From: Mobula hypostoma
Lineage: Eukaryota
Direction: 5' to 3'
DNA length: 64,000 bases
Assembly: GCF_963921235.1 (NCBI RefSeq)
Contig: NC_086119.1
Coordinates: 21,266,001 to 21,330,000 of the forward strand
The notes beneath the pieces were generated by a model. The model made no database searches and had not been told where the DNA came from. It saw only the letters and a list, made by a program, of their open reading frames with translations. Position 1 is the stretch's first letter; every line of letters begins with the position of its first letter. Both the position numbers and the translations under genes were made by a program. Below, piece by piece: positions 24,236 through 37,350 of this stretch.

Positions 24236-25821
24236 CTGCTTCTAGTGTAAATATAACTAAAAAGCACTAAAGGGGACTGCAATGAATGAATAATGTTTCA
24301 TTTAGTTTTTAAAATCGCTGTTATCTGGATTAAAATTCAAAAACAAATCCTCATCACTAGCAGTTTAATGTTTGAGAAAAATGAGTTTATGTGTACGATA
24401 AGATCTTTCTTATCTTATTTCGAGTCTGACATATCTTTAAATTTTATTGGATCTTGGTTCTGGCTCTAATCATTTGTGCTTTTTTTAAAACCATACAGCT
24501 AGTTAACTCTGAGAATAGATCAATCATCGTAGGGGATAAAATTCAGACTAAACTGCTTCAGCGAGAAATTCATGGCAAACTCAGACATTTTTTAGATGGA
24601 CTGGGACCTGCACCAGAAAATACAATCCATGACTCTGGAAGAAGGCCCACATCAGAAAGCTTTTCTGACCATACAAAGGAAACAGTGCACACATGAAATC
24701 TCAAAAACCTAACCTGCTGAGTACGTGTTTCACGAGCTCTGGAAGCCAGGGTTACTCTGCAGCTTCCGCACATTTGTCAAAGCCTGTGCCCAGAGAATGC
24801 ATCACATTAGCAAACGTCACGTGCTCTTGGTCTCAGCAGCTCCCGACTCATTCCTATATAAGGTGTTTCTCAGAATCCCAGCCTCAGTCTTCATCAGGCC
24901 TTTCTGACTGCTGCAAAAACAGCTCCTGATATTTTTGTCACAGTTGGACCTCGGTCCATGAACAGCAGCATCTCAGCTGAGCTGATTAAAGCAGTGACTT
25001 AACTAGAGTGGATTTGGAAAAGTGATTTACAGAGATTTCATTGCAGAAAGAAAAATGGCAAAGGTTTTTTTTTAATATATAAAGAAAGAGAAATGCAAGC
25101 TGTCCTTTTAAATCTAGTTATTGGAATAGAAAGTCACAAATTTTTTAAACAATCACAAAAAATGATAGGAAAAAAACGTACACTTCATGGCCACTTTATT
25201 AGGTTCCTTCCGAATGTTGAACTAACATGGATAACTTCACAAACCTCAACACTGAGCTAATTGCACAATCTATACCCTACAACTTAATCTCTGTAACATT
25301 TGTTTATTTATTATTAATTTATTTAGGATTCACACAATTTGCCTTCTTGGGCACATTGGTCATTTGTCAGTCTTTGAAAGTAGTTTTTTAGTGATTCTAT
25401 TGTATTTCTTCATTCGACTGTGAATTCCTGCAAGAAAATGAACCTCAGGGCAGTTTATGGTGACATACGTGTACTTTGATAATAAAGTTACTTCTGAACT
25501 TTTTGAATATACAGCCATGAATAGCTTCAATACTTCCCACTGAAGCATTGTAATGAATAAACCAAAGATCAACAAATCAGTTAAAGCAACATCTTCACAA
25601 AGAACCGCACTCTTTAGGTCTGTGCACAAAAGCAAATAGAGTTCAAATTCATTTATAAGTGTTGGAGGTTAAAAAAAATAAAAAGAGGACATATGAAGTC
25701 AGCAGGCTAGGGGTTAGGATGGAAGAAACATAGGGTACAATGGAATTGCGTTTACCTGGGAATATATTCTGTGAGCACAACTTAAAAGAGTATAAAACAG
25801 TACAGTGATAACCAACTAGTG

Positions 25822-27323
25822 GGAGTATTCAAGGACATTTTCAACCTCTCACTGCTATGGGCAGCAGTTCCCATTTGCATCAAAAAGGCAACAATTATAC
25901 CAGTGCCTAAGAAGAATAATGTGGGCTGCCTTAATGACTATTGCCCAGAAGCACTCAGATCAACAGTGATGAATGTTTTGAGAGGTTGGTTTTGACTAGA
26001 CTGAACTCCTGCCTCAGCAAGGACCTGGACCCATTGCAATTTGCCTATCACCACAATAGATCAACAGTAGACGCAATCTCAATGGCTCTCCACAAGGCTT
26101 TAGACCACCTAAACAACAAAAACACCTACGTCAGGATGCTGTTCATCGACCATAGCTCAGCATTTAATATCATCATTCCCACAATCCTGATTGAGAAGTT
26201 GCAGAACCTGGGCCTCTGTACCTCCCTCTGCAATTGGATCTTCGACTTCCTAATTGGAAGACCACAGTCTATGCGGATTGGTGATAACATATCTTCCTCG
26301 CTGACAGTCAACACTGGCGCACTTCACGGGTGTATGCTTAGCCCACTGCTCTACATTTTCTATACACGTGACTGTGTGGCTAGGCATAGCTCAAATACCA
26401 TCTACAAATTTGCTGACGATATAACCATTGTTGGTAGAATCTCAGGTGGTGACGAGAGGGCGTACAGGAGTGAGATATGCCAACTAGAGGAAAGGTGCCA
26501 CAGCAACAACCTGGCACAACATCAGTAGGATGAAAGAGCTGATTGTGGACTTCAGGAAGGGTAAGACGAAGGAGCACATACCAATCTTCATAGAGGGATC
26601 AGAAGTGGAGAGAGTGAGCAGCTTCAAGTTCCTGGGTGTCAAGATTTCCGAGGATCTAACCTGGCCCTAACATATCAATATAGTCATAAAGAAGGCAAGA
26701 CAGCGGCTATACTTTATTAGGAATTTGAAGAGATTTGGCATGTCAACAAATACACTCAAAAACTTCTATAGTTGTAACATGGAGAGCATTCTGACAGGCT
26801 GCATCACTGCCTGGTATGAAAGGGAGCTACTTCACAGGACCGAAAGAAGCTGCAGGAAGTTGTAAATCTAGCCAGCTCCATCTTGGACACTAGCCTACAA
26901 AGTACCCAGGACATCTTCAGAGAATGGTGTCTCAGAAAGACAGCGTCCATTATTAAGGACCTCTAGCAGCCCAGGGCATGCCCTTTCCTCACTGTTATCA
27001 TCAGGCAGGAGATACAGAAGCCTGAAGGCACACACTCAACGATTCAGGAACGGCTTCTTTCCCTCTTTCATCTGATTCCTAAATGGACATTGAAGCTTTG
27101 GACACTATCTCACTTTTTAAAAAAAATACTGTGTACAGTATTTCTGTTTATGCACATTAAAAAAAATTATTCAACATACATAATTGATTTACTTGTTTAT
27201 TTATTATTTATTTTATTTTTTTCTCTCTCTCTGCTAGATTATGTATTGCATTGAACTGCTGCTGCTAGGTTAACAAATTTCACGATCACATGCCGGTGAT
27301 AATAAACCTGATTCTGATTCTGA
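25822..27323 (+). mobile_element. Rex1/Babar LINE, 5'-truncated, disrupted RT
   Basis: ORF 25941-26528: [16 protein letters not shown]...[16 protein letters not shown]...LSPLLY...KFADD. Tail AATAAACCTGATTCTGATTCTGA. Confidence 0.92.
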
Positions 27324-27387
27324 TCAATCCATTCCATAGTGGTGAAAGGCCTTGGAGTCACCAGGTACAAAACTTCACACAAAGTGA

Positions 27388-29293
27388 CACACAGAAGATG
27401 CTGGAGGAATTCAGCAGGTCAGGCAGCATCTACGGAAATGAATTAACAGTTGACGTTTCAGACTGAAACCCTTCTTCAGGACTGGAAAGGAAGGGGGAAG
27501 ATGACATCATAAAAAATGTGGGGGGTAGGGGCAGAAGGATAGCTAGAAGACAATAAATGAGGCCAGGCGAGTGGGAAAGGTAAAGCACTGGAGTAGTAGG
27601 AATTTGATAGGAGAGGAGGGTGGACCATGGGAGAAAGGGAAGAAGGGGGTGATAAGCAGGTAAGAAGAGGCAAAAAGGCAGAGTGGGGAATAGAAGAAGA
27701 GGGGAGGAGGGGGGAACTTTTTTTTATTGATCTTCATGCCTTCAGGTTGGAGGCTACCCAACCATAATATAAAGTGTTGCTCCTCCACCCTGAGGGTGGT
27801 CTCATCATGGCACAAGAGGAGGCCATGGACTGACATGTCGGATGGGAATGGGAATTGGAATTAAAATGTTTGTCCATCACAGGATCTACTATTGGTGGAT
27901 GGAGTGGAGGTACTCAATGAAGCGATAACCCAATTTTTGACGGGAAAAAAATTCCATCCCCCTCCCAACTTCTTCTATTCCTCACTCTGGCCTCTTACCT
28001 CACCTCACCTGCCTGTCACTGTTTGAGCATTTTTGGGGTTTGGCCATATAGCAAAATATTATCTATTATCTTCAGCCACCAGTCTTCAGATCTAAATATT
28101 CACTGTAGATTAAATTTAAGATGAACTCTGGACAATAGGTTCTGAAGAGCCATGAACCACAGTTAATTGGAAAAGCAAACAATGCTGATTTCACATTCAA
28201 TTGGACATCTATAGTGTGAGTGTAAAAGAGGTGTGAAAGTTTTATGTAATCCAAAGAAAGCATTGTAGATACATTGTAAATATAGATCTTTAGCACATAA
28301 AATGTCATGTAATGTTGGGTCAAGCAGGACTCCTCCTCCGAAAGGGTCTCAATATGATGCCTGCTGTGTCTCATTTGAATTAAGAGGCTACTTCATATCT
28401 ACCAATCACAAACAAGAGAAAATCTGCAGATGCTGGAAATCCAAGCAACACACAAAATGCTGGAGGAACTCAGCAGGCCAGACAGCATCTATGGAAAAGA
28501 GTACAGTCGACTTTCAGGCTGAAACCCTTTATCAGGACTTAAAAAAAGCTGAAGGGGGAACATCGATTTCTCAGACTTCCAGTAATGCTCCCCCTTCACT
28601 TTCCCCATTCCCCTCTCTCACCTTATCACCTCTGTCTGGTGCTCCTCCCCCTTTCCTTTCTTCCATGGCCTTCTGTCCTTTCCTATGAGATCCCCCTCCA
28701 ACTTTTCCAGCCCTGTATCATTCACCAATCAAATTTCCAGCTCCTGCTTCACCCTCCCCACTCCCAGTTTCACCTATCACCTTGTGGTTTTTCCTCCACC
28801 CCTCCCACTTTCTTACCAACTCCTCGTCTTTTTTTTTCCAGCCCTGTTGAAGGGTGTCAGCCTGAAAGTTGACTGCACTCTTTTCCATAGATGCTCCCAG
28901 GCCTGCTGAATTCCTCCAGAATTTTGTGTAAGTTGTTCATATCTATCAGCTGCATCTCTCCAGTGACTTCGTTCATGTCACAACAATTACCTTTCCCTGG
29001 TCCCCTTCCTTCTTCACTTTATCATATGGTCCACTCTTCTCTTCTATCAGATTCCTTCCTCTCCAACCCTTCATCTTTCCTATCCACCTGGCTTCACCTA
29101 TCACCTTCTGGCTATCCCCTTCCCCTCTCCCCCACCTTTTTATTCTGGCATTTTCCCCCTTCGTTTACAGTCCTGAAGAAGGGTCTCAGCCTGAAATACT
29201 TACTTCTGTAGATGCTGCCTGACCTGCTGAGTTCCTCCAATATTCTGTGTGTATCACTTTGGATTTCCAGCATCTGCAGAATTCCTCACGTTT
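27388..29293. mobile_element. Large two-armed Penelope-like insertion, interrupted by nested DNA
   Basis: Minus arm 27388-~27945 includes the GIY-YIG tail (ORF 27543-27836: TLRVEEQHFILWLGSLQPEGM). Plus arm 27946-28020 resumes at ~28989-29293. Exact 11-bp TSD ACACAAAGTGA at 27377-27387 and 29294-29304. Confidence 0.8.
28405..28935. mobile_element. Nested two-armed Penelope-like insertion
   Basis: Minus arm with full 3' end at 28405-28540, plus arm at ~28560-28935. TSD TTCATATCTACCA (28392-28404) / TTCATATCTATCA (28936-28948). Confidence 0.85.
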
Positions 29294-29649
29294 ACACAAA
29301 GTGATAGTCTGAGTGGGGTTTGCTTTCTAACATCAGTGCGCAGAAGTTTGAAACAGAATTATCTGGGTATTTTTCCAGTTTTGCACGCAAATATCGCAAT
29401 ATAATTATAAACATACAAGTCAATATAATTTTACATTGTCCAAATTTCATTGCGAGCTAAATATGTATTTGTTTGAAATCATTTCACAGCTCAAGGAGCG
29501 ACTATTTTCTTCAGATCACGCATGCTAAAAAAGCTGAACCAAAGTCCTTTTCAGATTGCTGAGAAGTATTTCTCCTCTACATGACCATTAATTACATTAA
29601 AGAGAGCAATTACAAATATCTTTGTGAATTGCCACAGTGAAGGATGAGT

Positions 29650-30035
29650 CTTCCGTGGCTCAGTTGTCAGTACATCTGATTTTCAGCCAGGAAGCTTTGG
29701 GTTCAAGTGCCACTTCAGAATAAAAGAAGACATAACCTAGATTGGTCATGCTTCTGTGCAAGGGTGCAACGCTGACTGGAAGTTTCAGTGTCGCTGATGC
29801 TACTTCCACAGAGTACAAATGAGACTGTCCTTTAGACATAAAAGATCAGTTACACGCTTGACGAAGAACATGACTACTATTTATCCTTTATTTAACTATC
29901 AGATTACCACTGCTGTTCACAGTAACTTGCTAAGCTCAGTCTGTTATGCTTCTGACATCGCAAAATTACATGACTACATTCTGTGATTGAGATATAATGG
30001 GGTTGTGAGAGATGTGTAAACACAATTTTCCTTTC
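29650..30035 (+). mobile_element. Ancient DeuSINE (SacSINE1-like)
   Basis: tRNA head gtggctcagttg...gggttcaagtgccact; Deu-like core gacataaaagatc...gaagaaca...tatttatcc...ctgctgtt...cttgct. Highly diverged. Confidence 0.6.
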
Positions 30036-30344
30036 AACATACAAGCCAAACACAATATGGCTACACAATGAAATACAAATTAAAATTTCAGGGGGAAGTT
30101 TGCTCTGGCAACCAAGTCAAAGAGAACATTGCAATTAAAAGAGGTTTGCTTCAAAGTTCAGTTGCAGACTGCCCTGAGTTGACAAGCTTCAGAAAGCATA
30201 ACAAACCTGAGCACCACAATTAGACTCAGCCCCCTATGGTGGGTGGGGATGGAGAAGTGTTATCAGAAGTACTGGACTAATATTTACCGGACTAACACTC
30301 CTTATTCTACATCTACAGAGATCAGGAAATAAACATGGGATCAT

Positions 30345-31210
30345 TATAGAGTCATTGAATACTCCAGCTCAGAAACAGGCCCTTCAGCCCATCAAGTCAG
30401 TGCTGAACTTAGTCTGCTTAGTCCCATTAACCTACACACAGAACATATCCCTCCATACCCCTCCTATCCACATACCTATTCAAATTTTTCTTAAATGTTG
30501 AAATTGAACCTGCATCTGCCACTTCCACTGGCAGCTTATTCCACACTTTCACCACCCTCTCACTGAAGAAGTTTCCCTTTGTGTTCCCCTCAACCTGTCA
30601 CCACTAGTTCCAGTCTCACCCAGCCCCAATGGAAAAAGCTTGCTTGCATTTATCCTATTTATCCCCTTCATAATTTTGTATACTTCTGTCAAATCTCCCT
30701 TCATTCTCCTACACTCTAAGGAATAAAGTGCTAACCTGTTCAACCTTTTTCTATAACTTAGGTCATCAAGTACCAGCAACGTCTGTGTAAATTTTCTCTG
30801 AACTCTTTCAATCACATTGATACCTTTCCTGTCGATAGGTGACCAGTACTGCACACAATATTGCAAATTAGGCCAGACCAATATCCTATACAACTTGAAT
30901 GTAACATCCCAGCTCCTGTACTCAATAAAAGTTGCTGGTGAACGCAGCAGGCCAGGCAGCATCTATAGAAAGAGGTACAGTCAACGGTTCGGGCCGAGAC
31001 CCTTCATCAGGACTGTAACGTCGACTGTACCTCTTCCTAGAGATGCTGCCTGGCCTGCTGCATTCACCAGCAACTTTTATGTGTGTTGCTTGAAATTCCA
31101 GCATCTGCAGATTTCCTCGTGTTCCTGTACTCAATACTTTGATTTATGAAGGCCAATGTGCCAAAAGCTCTCTTTATGACCCAATCTATTTGTGACACCA
31201 TTTTCATGCC
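30345..31210 (-). mobile_element. CR1 LINE 3' fragment (interrupted by a PLE palindrome)
   Basis: ORF 30549-30962: EYRSWDV..KLY..LV.P.L.YCVQYWSP...ERVQRKFT...GDL.EVYKIMKG. Confidence 0.9.
30928..31122. mobile_element. Palindromic two-armed Penelope-like insertion
   Basis: About 60-bp inverted arms; loop holds a minus-strand HHR motif (GAAA mutated to GAAC). Exact 14-bp TSD TCCTGTACTCAATA at 30914-30927 and 31123-31136 within CR1. Confidence 0.93.
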
Positions 31211-31354
31211 CCAGTACCACAGATAACATTGTATCAACTTGCAGAGCCGTTGGGAGCTTACCAAGCCATAGGTTATACTTCTGTAGACATCATTATTTCT
31301 GGTTGCTAATTACTCCTACCGGATTGATTTGTCCCTTATAAAGACTATATAATG

Positions 31355-31656
31355 GACAACCAGTAGAATTGCTGCGTCACATCACCAGCAACCTGAGATC
31401 AAGCCGAACCCCAAAACTATCTATGCACTGTTTGCATATTCTCCCTCTAACTGCACGAGTTTCCTCTGGGTGCTCTGGTTTCCTCCCAAACTCAAAAGTT
31501 TTGTGCATTAGTTAGGTGAATTGGGCACTATATGTAAATGGCTGGTGGAATCTGAAGGGTGGCGTGCGAGTACATAGCAGGAACAAAGCAAGGAAAAACC
31601 AAGAGCTGTGTGGACCAGTGGGCCTGTTTTCAGGCTGTATATCTTGATGGACTCTA
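31355..31656 (+). mobile_element. V-SINE (diverged)
   Basis: gtttcctctgggtgctctggtttcctccc V-domain; gggcctgttt tail. Confidence 0.7.
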
Positions 31657-32285
31657 TAATAGTATAATTGCCTAATTAGGTTAAGCATTTACAGCATTCC
31701 ATGTCACAACAAAACACTATCAAATTAATTTCACAACATTAAATTTTCATTTAAATGACAACCTATTTGAATTAAGGATGTAAAGGAGTCATGTGCGTTC
31801 CAAATCCAATTTTTGAAATAGTATTGAAAAAATATGGTCGTTGGAAGAAGAACCCTCTGTTGTCAGCAGACTGTAGTAGTAACTCTCATCCTACAATTAA
31901 TATTCACTGTTACCATGCAAGGTTTAGTTAAGTGAAATCCCATAAGTTCTCATTTATTCTTCTTCAGACAGGCCAGTGCAGAGAGGGCAATAAAAAGATT
32001 AAAGGCATTTAAAGAATCTTTGTACCGTCTCCACCTTCTGATCATATTTACAGTCGCCCTGAAGCAGACTGGAAATTAATGGATTTTTAACAATATTTCG
32101 CTCCAATGAGATGTATCACTGACAAATGATTCAGGTGGAGGCTATGGCACTCAGTTCTCCACAAGTATATGATCATATATTTAAACATTTATTCTTGGAA
32201 TCTGGTACATTTTCTCCCAGGTAGGTGCTAAGATTTCAGTGAGCTTATGTTGGGCGGTGGGGCAGGGGTAGTTACAGAATATATA

Positions 32286-32687
32286 TACACTCAGTAGACG
32301 TTTGTTAATCTACGTCTGCCGGTTAATGTAAATATCTAATCAGCCAATCAGGTAGCAGCAATTCATTGAATGAAAGCATGCAGACCTGGTTAAGAGGTTC
32401 AGATGTTGTTCAGACAAAACATCAGAATGGGAAAGAAATGTGATACAAGTGACTTCAACTGTGGGATGTGTGATGATGCCTGACGTGGTGCTTTGTGTAT
32501 CTCAGAAACTGCTGTTCTGGAATTTTTACACACAGCAGTCTCTAAAGTTTACAGGGAATGGTGCGAAAAACAAAAAAACATCCAGTGAGCCGCAGTTCTG
32601 TGGGCAAAAATGCCTTGTTGATGAGAGAGGTCAGAGGAGAATGGTCAGACAGGAAGGCAACAGTAACTCAAATAACCACACATTACA
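32286..32687 (+). mobile_element. Tc1-derived element fragment
   Basis: tacactcagt end; transposase N-terminus MGKKCD...KKTSSEPQFCGQKCLVDERGQRRM. Confidence 0.85.
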
Positions 32688-32814
32688 GGATATGAAATCA
32701 CAAGCTAAGATCTTATGCATTCAGTATAATCTTGTTTCCCACCACAAAGAGAAAAGGGTACAGTAGATTTCCACTTGCTCCAGATTTCCAGCATCTGCAG
32801 TCACTTATGTCTCC

Positions 32815-33025
32815 AGGTTTCCATTTATCTAGCATCTATTGCCTTTCAAAGCTACAAAGTGCTTTGCAATCAATTAACTACCTCAGAATTGCTGTTCATA
32901 TTTCAATTCATAAAACAAGGCAGTCAACTTGTGCAAAGCAACCCTACCAATATCAATCTATTAAAGACTATATTAGATGACTTGATTTTAGTGATGTTGA
33001 ATGAGCAATAACACTGGCACTCTGC
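32815..33025 (-). mobile_element. DeuSINE 3' relic
   Basis: caaagtgctttgcaatcaat...ttgtgcaaagcaa...ttttagtgatgttgaatgag is antisense to the Deu/L2-tail consensus. Confidence 0.5.
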
Positions 33026-33234
33026 TCAAAGGGCTAATAGGCTGTGAAAAACACCTCTGTTACCCTTTACTCTCTCAAACTATTCAATCACTTCACTACT
33101 TTTTCCTTCAAAACATATTGCCACATATCATTCCATGTGAAACTGCATCTGCCTCCTATTAGTCCTCAGGGATGATTCATGTTATCCTCAATTTCTTCCA
33201 TACTTTAATGCATGGCTCTTTTGTCATGTTCTCA

Positions 33235-33480
33235 ATTAGAAAATATGTCAATAAGGCTGAAAGTGTCCAGAGAAAATTTACAAGGATGGTGCCAGGACTT
33301 GAGTTATCGGGCAAGGTTGAATAGATTAGGATTTTTATTCCCAGGAGTGTAGGAGAATGAGGGGCGTTTTGATAGAGGTATACAAAATTATGAGGAGTAT
33401 AGATAGAGTAAGTGCAAGGCTTTTTCTGTGGTTGGGTGAGTGGTGAAATGTTTAAGGGGGACTTCTTCACTCAGAGGATA
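33235..33480 (+). mobile_element. CR1 ORF2 3' fragment
   Basis: ctgaaagtgtccagagaaaatttacaaggatg...gatagaggtatacaaaattatgagg. Confidence 0.75.
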
Positions 33481-33829
33481 TTGCAAATGGGACTTCCTCA
33501 GAGATAGAGTCACAGCTAAACAACCTGTTAAGTTGGCATCTTCTACTTCACTTCTTGTGATCAATTTTGAAATAAGTTATTTTTGTAGGCTTTAAGTGGA
33601 GTGAGGTCTGCTGAAGAAGCAGTTAGCCTTTCAGCACTAGAGCAACACACAGTCTACTGGAGGAACTCAAGCAGGTCAAACAGCATCTGCAGGGGGAAGC
33701 CATTTCAGGTTGGAACCCTACATCGGGACTGAGAGTGGAGAGGGCAGTATGACGAGGAATGGGAGTTATTAGACAGCAGCTCTCAAGTTGCCATGACCTT
33801 TTAACACTAAGGTTGTTTTATATACATTA

Positions 33830-34477
33830 CAGAAGTGGAGAGAATGAATAATTTCAAGTTCCTACATATTCATATTTCTGAGGACCTTACTTGGTCCCAA
33901 CATATCAATGCAGCTATAAAGGAGGCAAGACAGTGGCTATATTTCATAAGGAGTTTGAGGAGATACGGTATGTCACCTAAACACTCGCAAATTTCTACAG
34001 ATGTACCATATGGGAGGGCTACTAGACAGGATCAAAGTCAGCTGCAGAGACTTGTACACTTAGCTCCATCATGAGTACTAGCCTCCATAGTATTCAAGAC
34101 ATCTTGAAGAGGCAGTGACTCAAAAAGGTCATGTCCATTATTAAGGACCCCCACCACCCAGGACATGCCTTCTTCTCCTTGTTACCATCAGGAAGGAAGT
34201 ACAGAAGCTTGAAGGCACACACCCAGTGATTCAGGAACAGCTTCTTCCCCTCTGCCATCCGAATTCTGAATGGACATTGAACCCATAAATGCTACCTCAC
34301 TGCTTTTTTTATTTCTGTTTTTGCAATATTTAATTTAACTCTGTTACATTATGTGTGTGTATATATGTTCTTTCTGTAATTCAGTTTTTTTTCTATATTA
34401 TCACGTATTGCATGGTACTGCTGCTGCAAAGTTTATGTATTTCATGACAGATGCCAGTGATATTAAATCTGATTCTG
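33830..34477 (+). mobile_element. Rex1/Babar LINE 3' fragment
   Basis: FKFL.IHISEDLTWSQHINAAIKEARQ.LYFIRSLRR; tail attaaatctgattctg. Confidence 0.85.
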
Positions 34478-35454
34478 TTTCTTATTTACAAACACAGATG
34501 TTAAAATTTAAAAAAAACAATTCATAAAAAGGTGCAGGATTGGTGGGACTGGATTGCCAGTCTGTAATCAAAGCAAGGGTTGGCTTGGCGTCACAGAAGC
34601 TGAGGCATACCTGTTTCAACCCAGAAGCTACATTACTGAATGTCCTCTTCTATTTGTCATCCATTATATTTTCTTCAAAATTTCTAGTTCAATCCTTGAA
34701 AATCTATAGGTTATTTCTTCTACTGAAGAAAATTACTGAGGATTAATGATGCAGATTAGATGCGAAATTCACCTTCTCTCAGTGTATTCGTAAAGGAAAT
34801 AATTCATTCCTGACCACAGTCCTAACCCTCTCACCCAACACAAGCAGTGAAAATTAGAGAGCAGTGTTCCAAAATAATTAGCTGGGGCAGATGATGAGGA
34901 AATCATGGCTAGGTTCTTCAGGTTTACAACATTCAGCAAAATAATCACGTAAAGCAGATTTTATTAAAGAATGCCATATACATTATATAAACCAATTATG
35001 CTTTTCCTACTGTTTGCCAATTAAATTTGGATTGTGTGCATCAGAGCACCACAATCTGATCCAGCTGGGATTAATTGCAGCTTTTCAGGTTTCAAAAGAG
35101 TTAAACTTCTATTGTGATGTTCAGCGATGGATCCTTGCCAAGACTATTTTACCCAAATGAATAAGAGTCATTACTTCCTAACAGTCTATGGTGCAATTGA
35201 AAGACGTATGCTTGACTGAGTTCCTGTGCTGTACAAATTATGATTATTTACATGTCTGACTGCATTTACATTTTCAAGCATTACCCTAATGGTCTTTCAC
35301 GTTCATCATCATGGTAGTGACCCCTTAATGGGCTGTGCCTTGCAATACAATGCATTAGAGTGAAATACGACTAGACAAAGGAGAGCGGCTGGCAATTTAA
35401 AAGATTGACTCTGTATTACTTAATATGATCATTTTGATGGATTTCCCTAACTTA

Positions 35455-35897
35455 ATATACAAGGAGCACCTTCGCAGGAAAGCAGCGCCCATCATCAAGG
35501 CTATGCTTTCTTCTTGCTGCTGCTATCAGGAAAGAGGTACAAGAGCCTCAGTACCCACACCACCAGGATCAGGAACAGTTACTACCCCTGAACCATCAAC
35601 CTCCCGAGCCAGCATGGGTCACTTCACTCACTGCAACTCTGAATTAATTCTACAACCTGTGGACTCACTTTCAAGGACACTACAACTCAGGTTCTCAATA
35701 TTATTTATTTACTTTCCTTTATGTGTTCGCACCATTTGTGGTTTTGTACACATTGTTTTATCTGACCATCTTTGTATGCAGTTTTTCACTGATTCTATTG
35801 TGTTTTTTTTGTATTTTCTGTGAATGCCCACAAGAAAATGAACCTCAGGTACTATATGGGGACATATGTACTTTGATAATAAATGTTGTTTGAACTT
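35455..35897 (+). mobile_element. Rex1/Babar-type LINE 3' end
   Basis: ccatcatcaagg...caggaacagttactacccc; tail gtactttgataataaa...tttgaacttt. Confidence 0.7.
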
Positions 35898-36219
35898 TCA
35901 AAGATTCAAAGTTCATTTATTATCAAAGAATGTACAGATTATACAACATTGAGAATAGTTCACCTACAGGTAGCCACAAAGCAATAAACATGAAAGAACC
36001 CAATTAAAGAAAAAAATAAAAGACCAACAGCCGATGCGCAAGAGAAAGGGAAAGTAAACAAATCATGCGCACAATTGACACGAACAACAACATTCTGAAC
36101 CAAATTGACTCCTCAGATCTGAACCCAGGAGCAGCCCTGAGTAGGCCCAAAATCTTAATTATCAGTTCATCAGCTTCAACACCATGGAGAGAGGAATGAC
36201 CATTGCTGATAGCTTTGAA

Positions 36220-36778
36220 CTCAATGTCACTGCTGAATGTCAATGTCTGGTTGCATCGTGGTCTGGTACAGCAATTTAAATTCACAGGAATTTGAAGGCG
36301 CTGGAATGCAGAAGCTGCTGAGAATAGTGGACTCAGCCCTATGCATCACGGGCACAAACTCCCCACTAGTACAGTATTTACAGTAGCCACAGCTCCAAGA
36401 AGGCAACGTCAATCAAAGATCCCCACCAGCCGGGCCAGACCATTTACTCACAGATGTTACCAGACGGGAGTTACAGAAACCTTAAGTCCCACACCACCAA
36501 GTTCAAGAACAGCTACTTTCCATGAAGCATTTCAACCTGCACAACCCTAATCACTACCTCAGTACATCAACACTATGACCAGTTTGACACATTACACTAT
36601 AATTAACTCTTTTTTTGTTGTCCTAATTATGTCTATTCTTGCAAAAATTGTATGTAATGTTTTCTTATGAACATTACACATCTGATGCTACTTGCTCGTG
36701 ATGCTGCTTTAACTAAGTTTTTCACTGCACCTGAACTTGTTCACATAACAATATACTCAACTTTGGCTTTGACTTCAA
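36220..36778 (+). mobile_element. Rex1/Babar-type LINE 3' fragment
   Basis: ggttgcatcgtggtctggtac...caccaagttcaagaacagctacttt. Confidence 0.65.
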
Positions 36779-36789
36779 CAGCACAAAAG

Positions 36790-37350
36790 CGAGACTTGGT
36801 CAGACCACATTCAAAGTACTGTAAGCAGTTTTGGGCCTCATATCTAGGAAAGGATGTGCTGGCATTGGAGAGGGTCCAGAAGAGGTTTATGAGAATCATC
36901 CCAAGAATGAAAGGGTTAATGTATGAGGCGCATTTAAAGGCTCCGGGCCTGTACTCACCAGAGTTCAGAAGAATTAGCAAGGATCTAATTGAAATCACTG
37001 GATAGAATGGATGTGGAGAGGATGTTTCCAATAGTGAGAGAGCCTAGCATCAGAGGGAACAGCCTCAAAATATAAGGACGTCCCTTTACAACAGAGATAA
37101 GGAAGAATTTTTTTAGACGGAGGATGGTGAATCTCTGGAATACGTTGCCACAGACAACTGTGGAGGCCAAGCCCATTGGGTATATTCAAAGCAGTGCTTG
37201 ATATGTTCTTCACTATTAAGGGCATCAAAGGTTCCAGAGAGAAGGCAAGAGAATGGGGCCGAGAGGGAAAATAAATCCAGTCATGATGGAATGGCAGAGC
37301 AGATTTGACAGGTCGAATGGTCTAATTCTGTTGCTGTGTCTAGTCTTATA
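36790..37350 (+). mobile_element. CR1 LINE 3' fragment
   Basis: LVRPHSKYCKQFWASYLGKDVLALERVQKRFMRIIP, followed by the CR1 3' UTR. Confidence 0.88.

Noticed and set aside
30928-31122. Hairpin elements as classical MITEs or pre-miRNAs
   Set aside because: Ends are asymmetric, junctions differ per copy, and TSD length varies (11-14 bp). The sequence is continuous with a GIY-YIG tail in longer copies. No expression evidence supports a miRNA.
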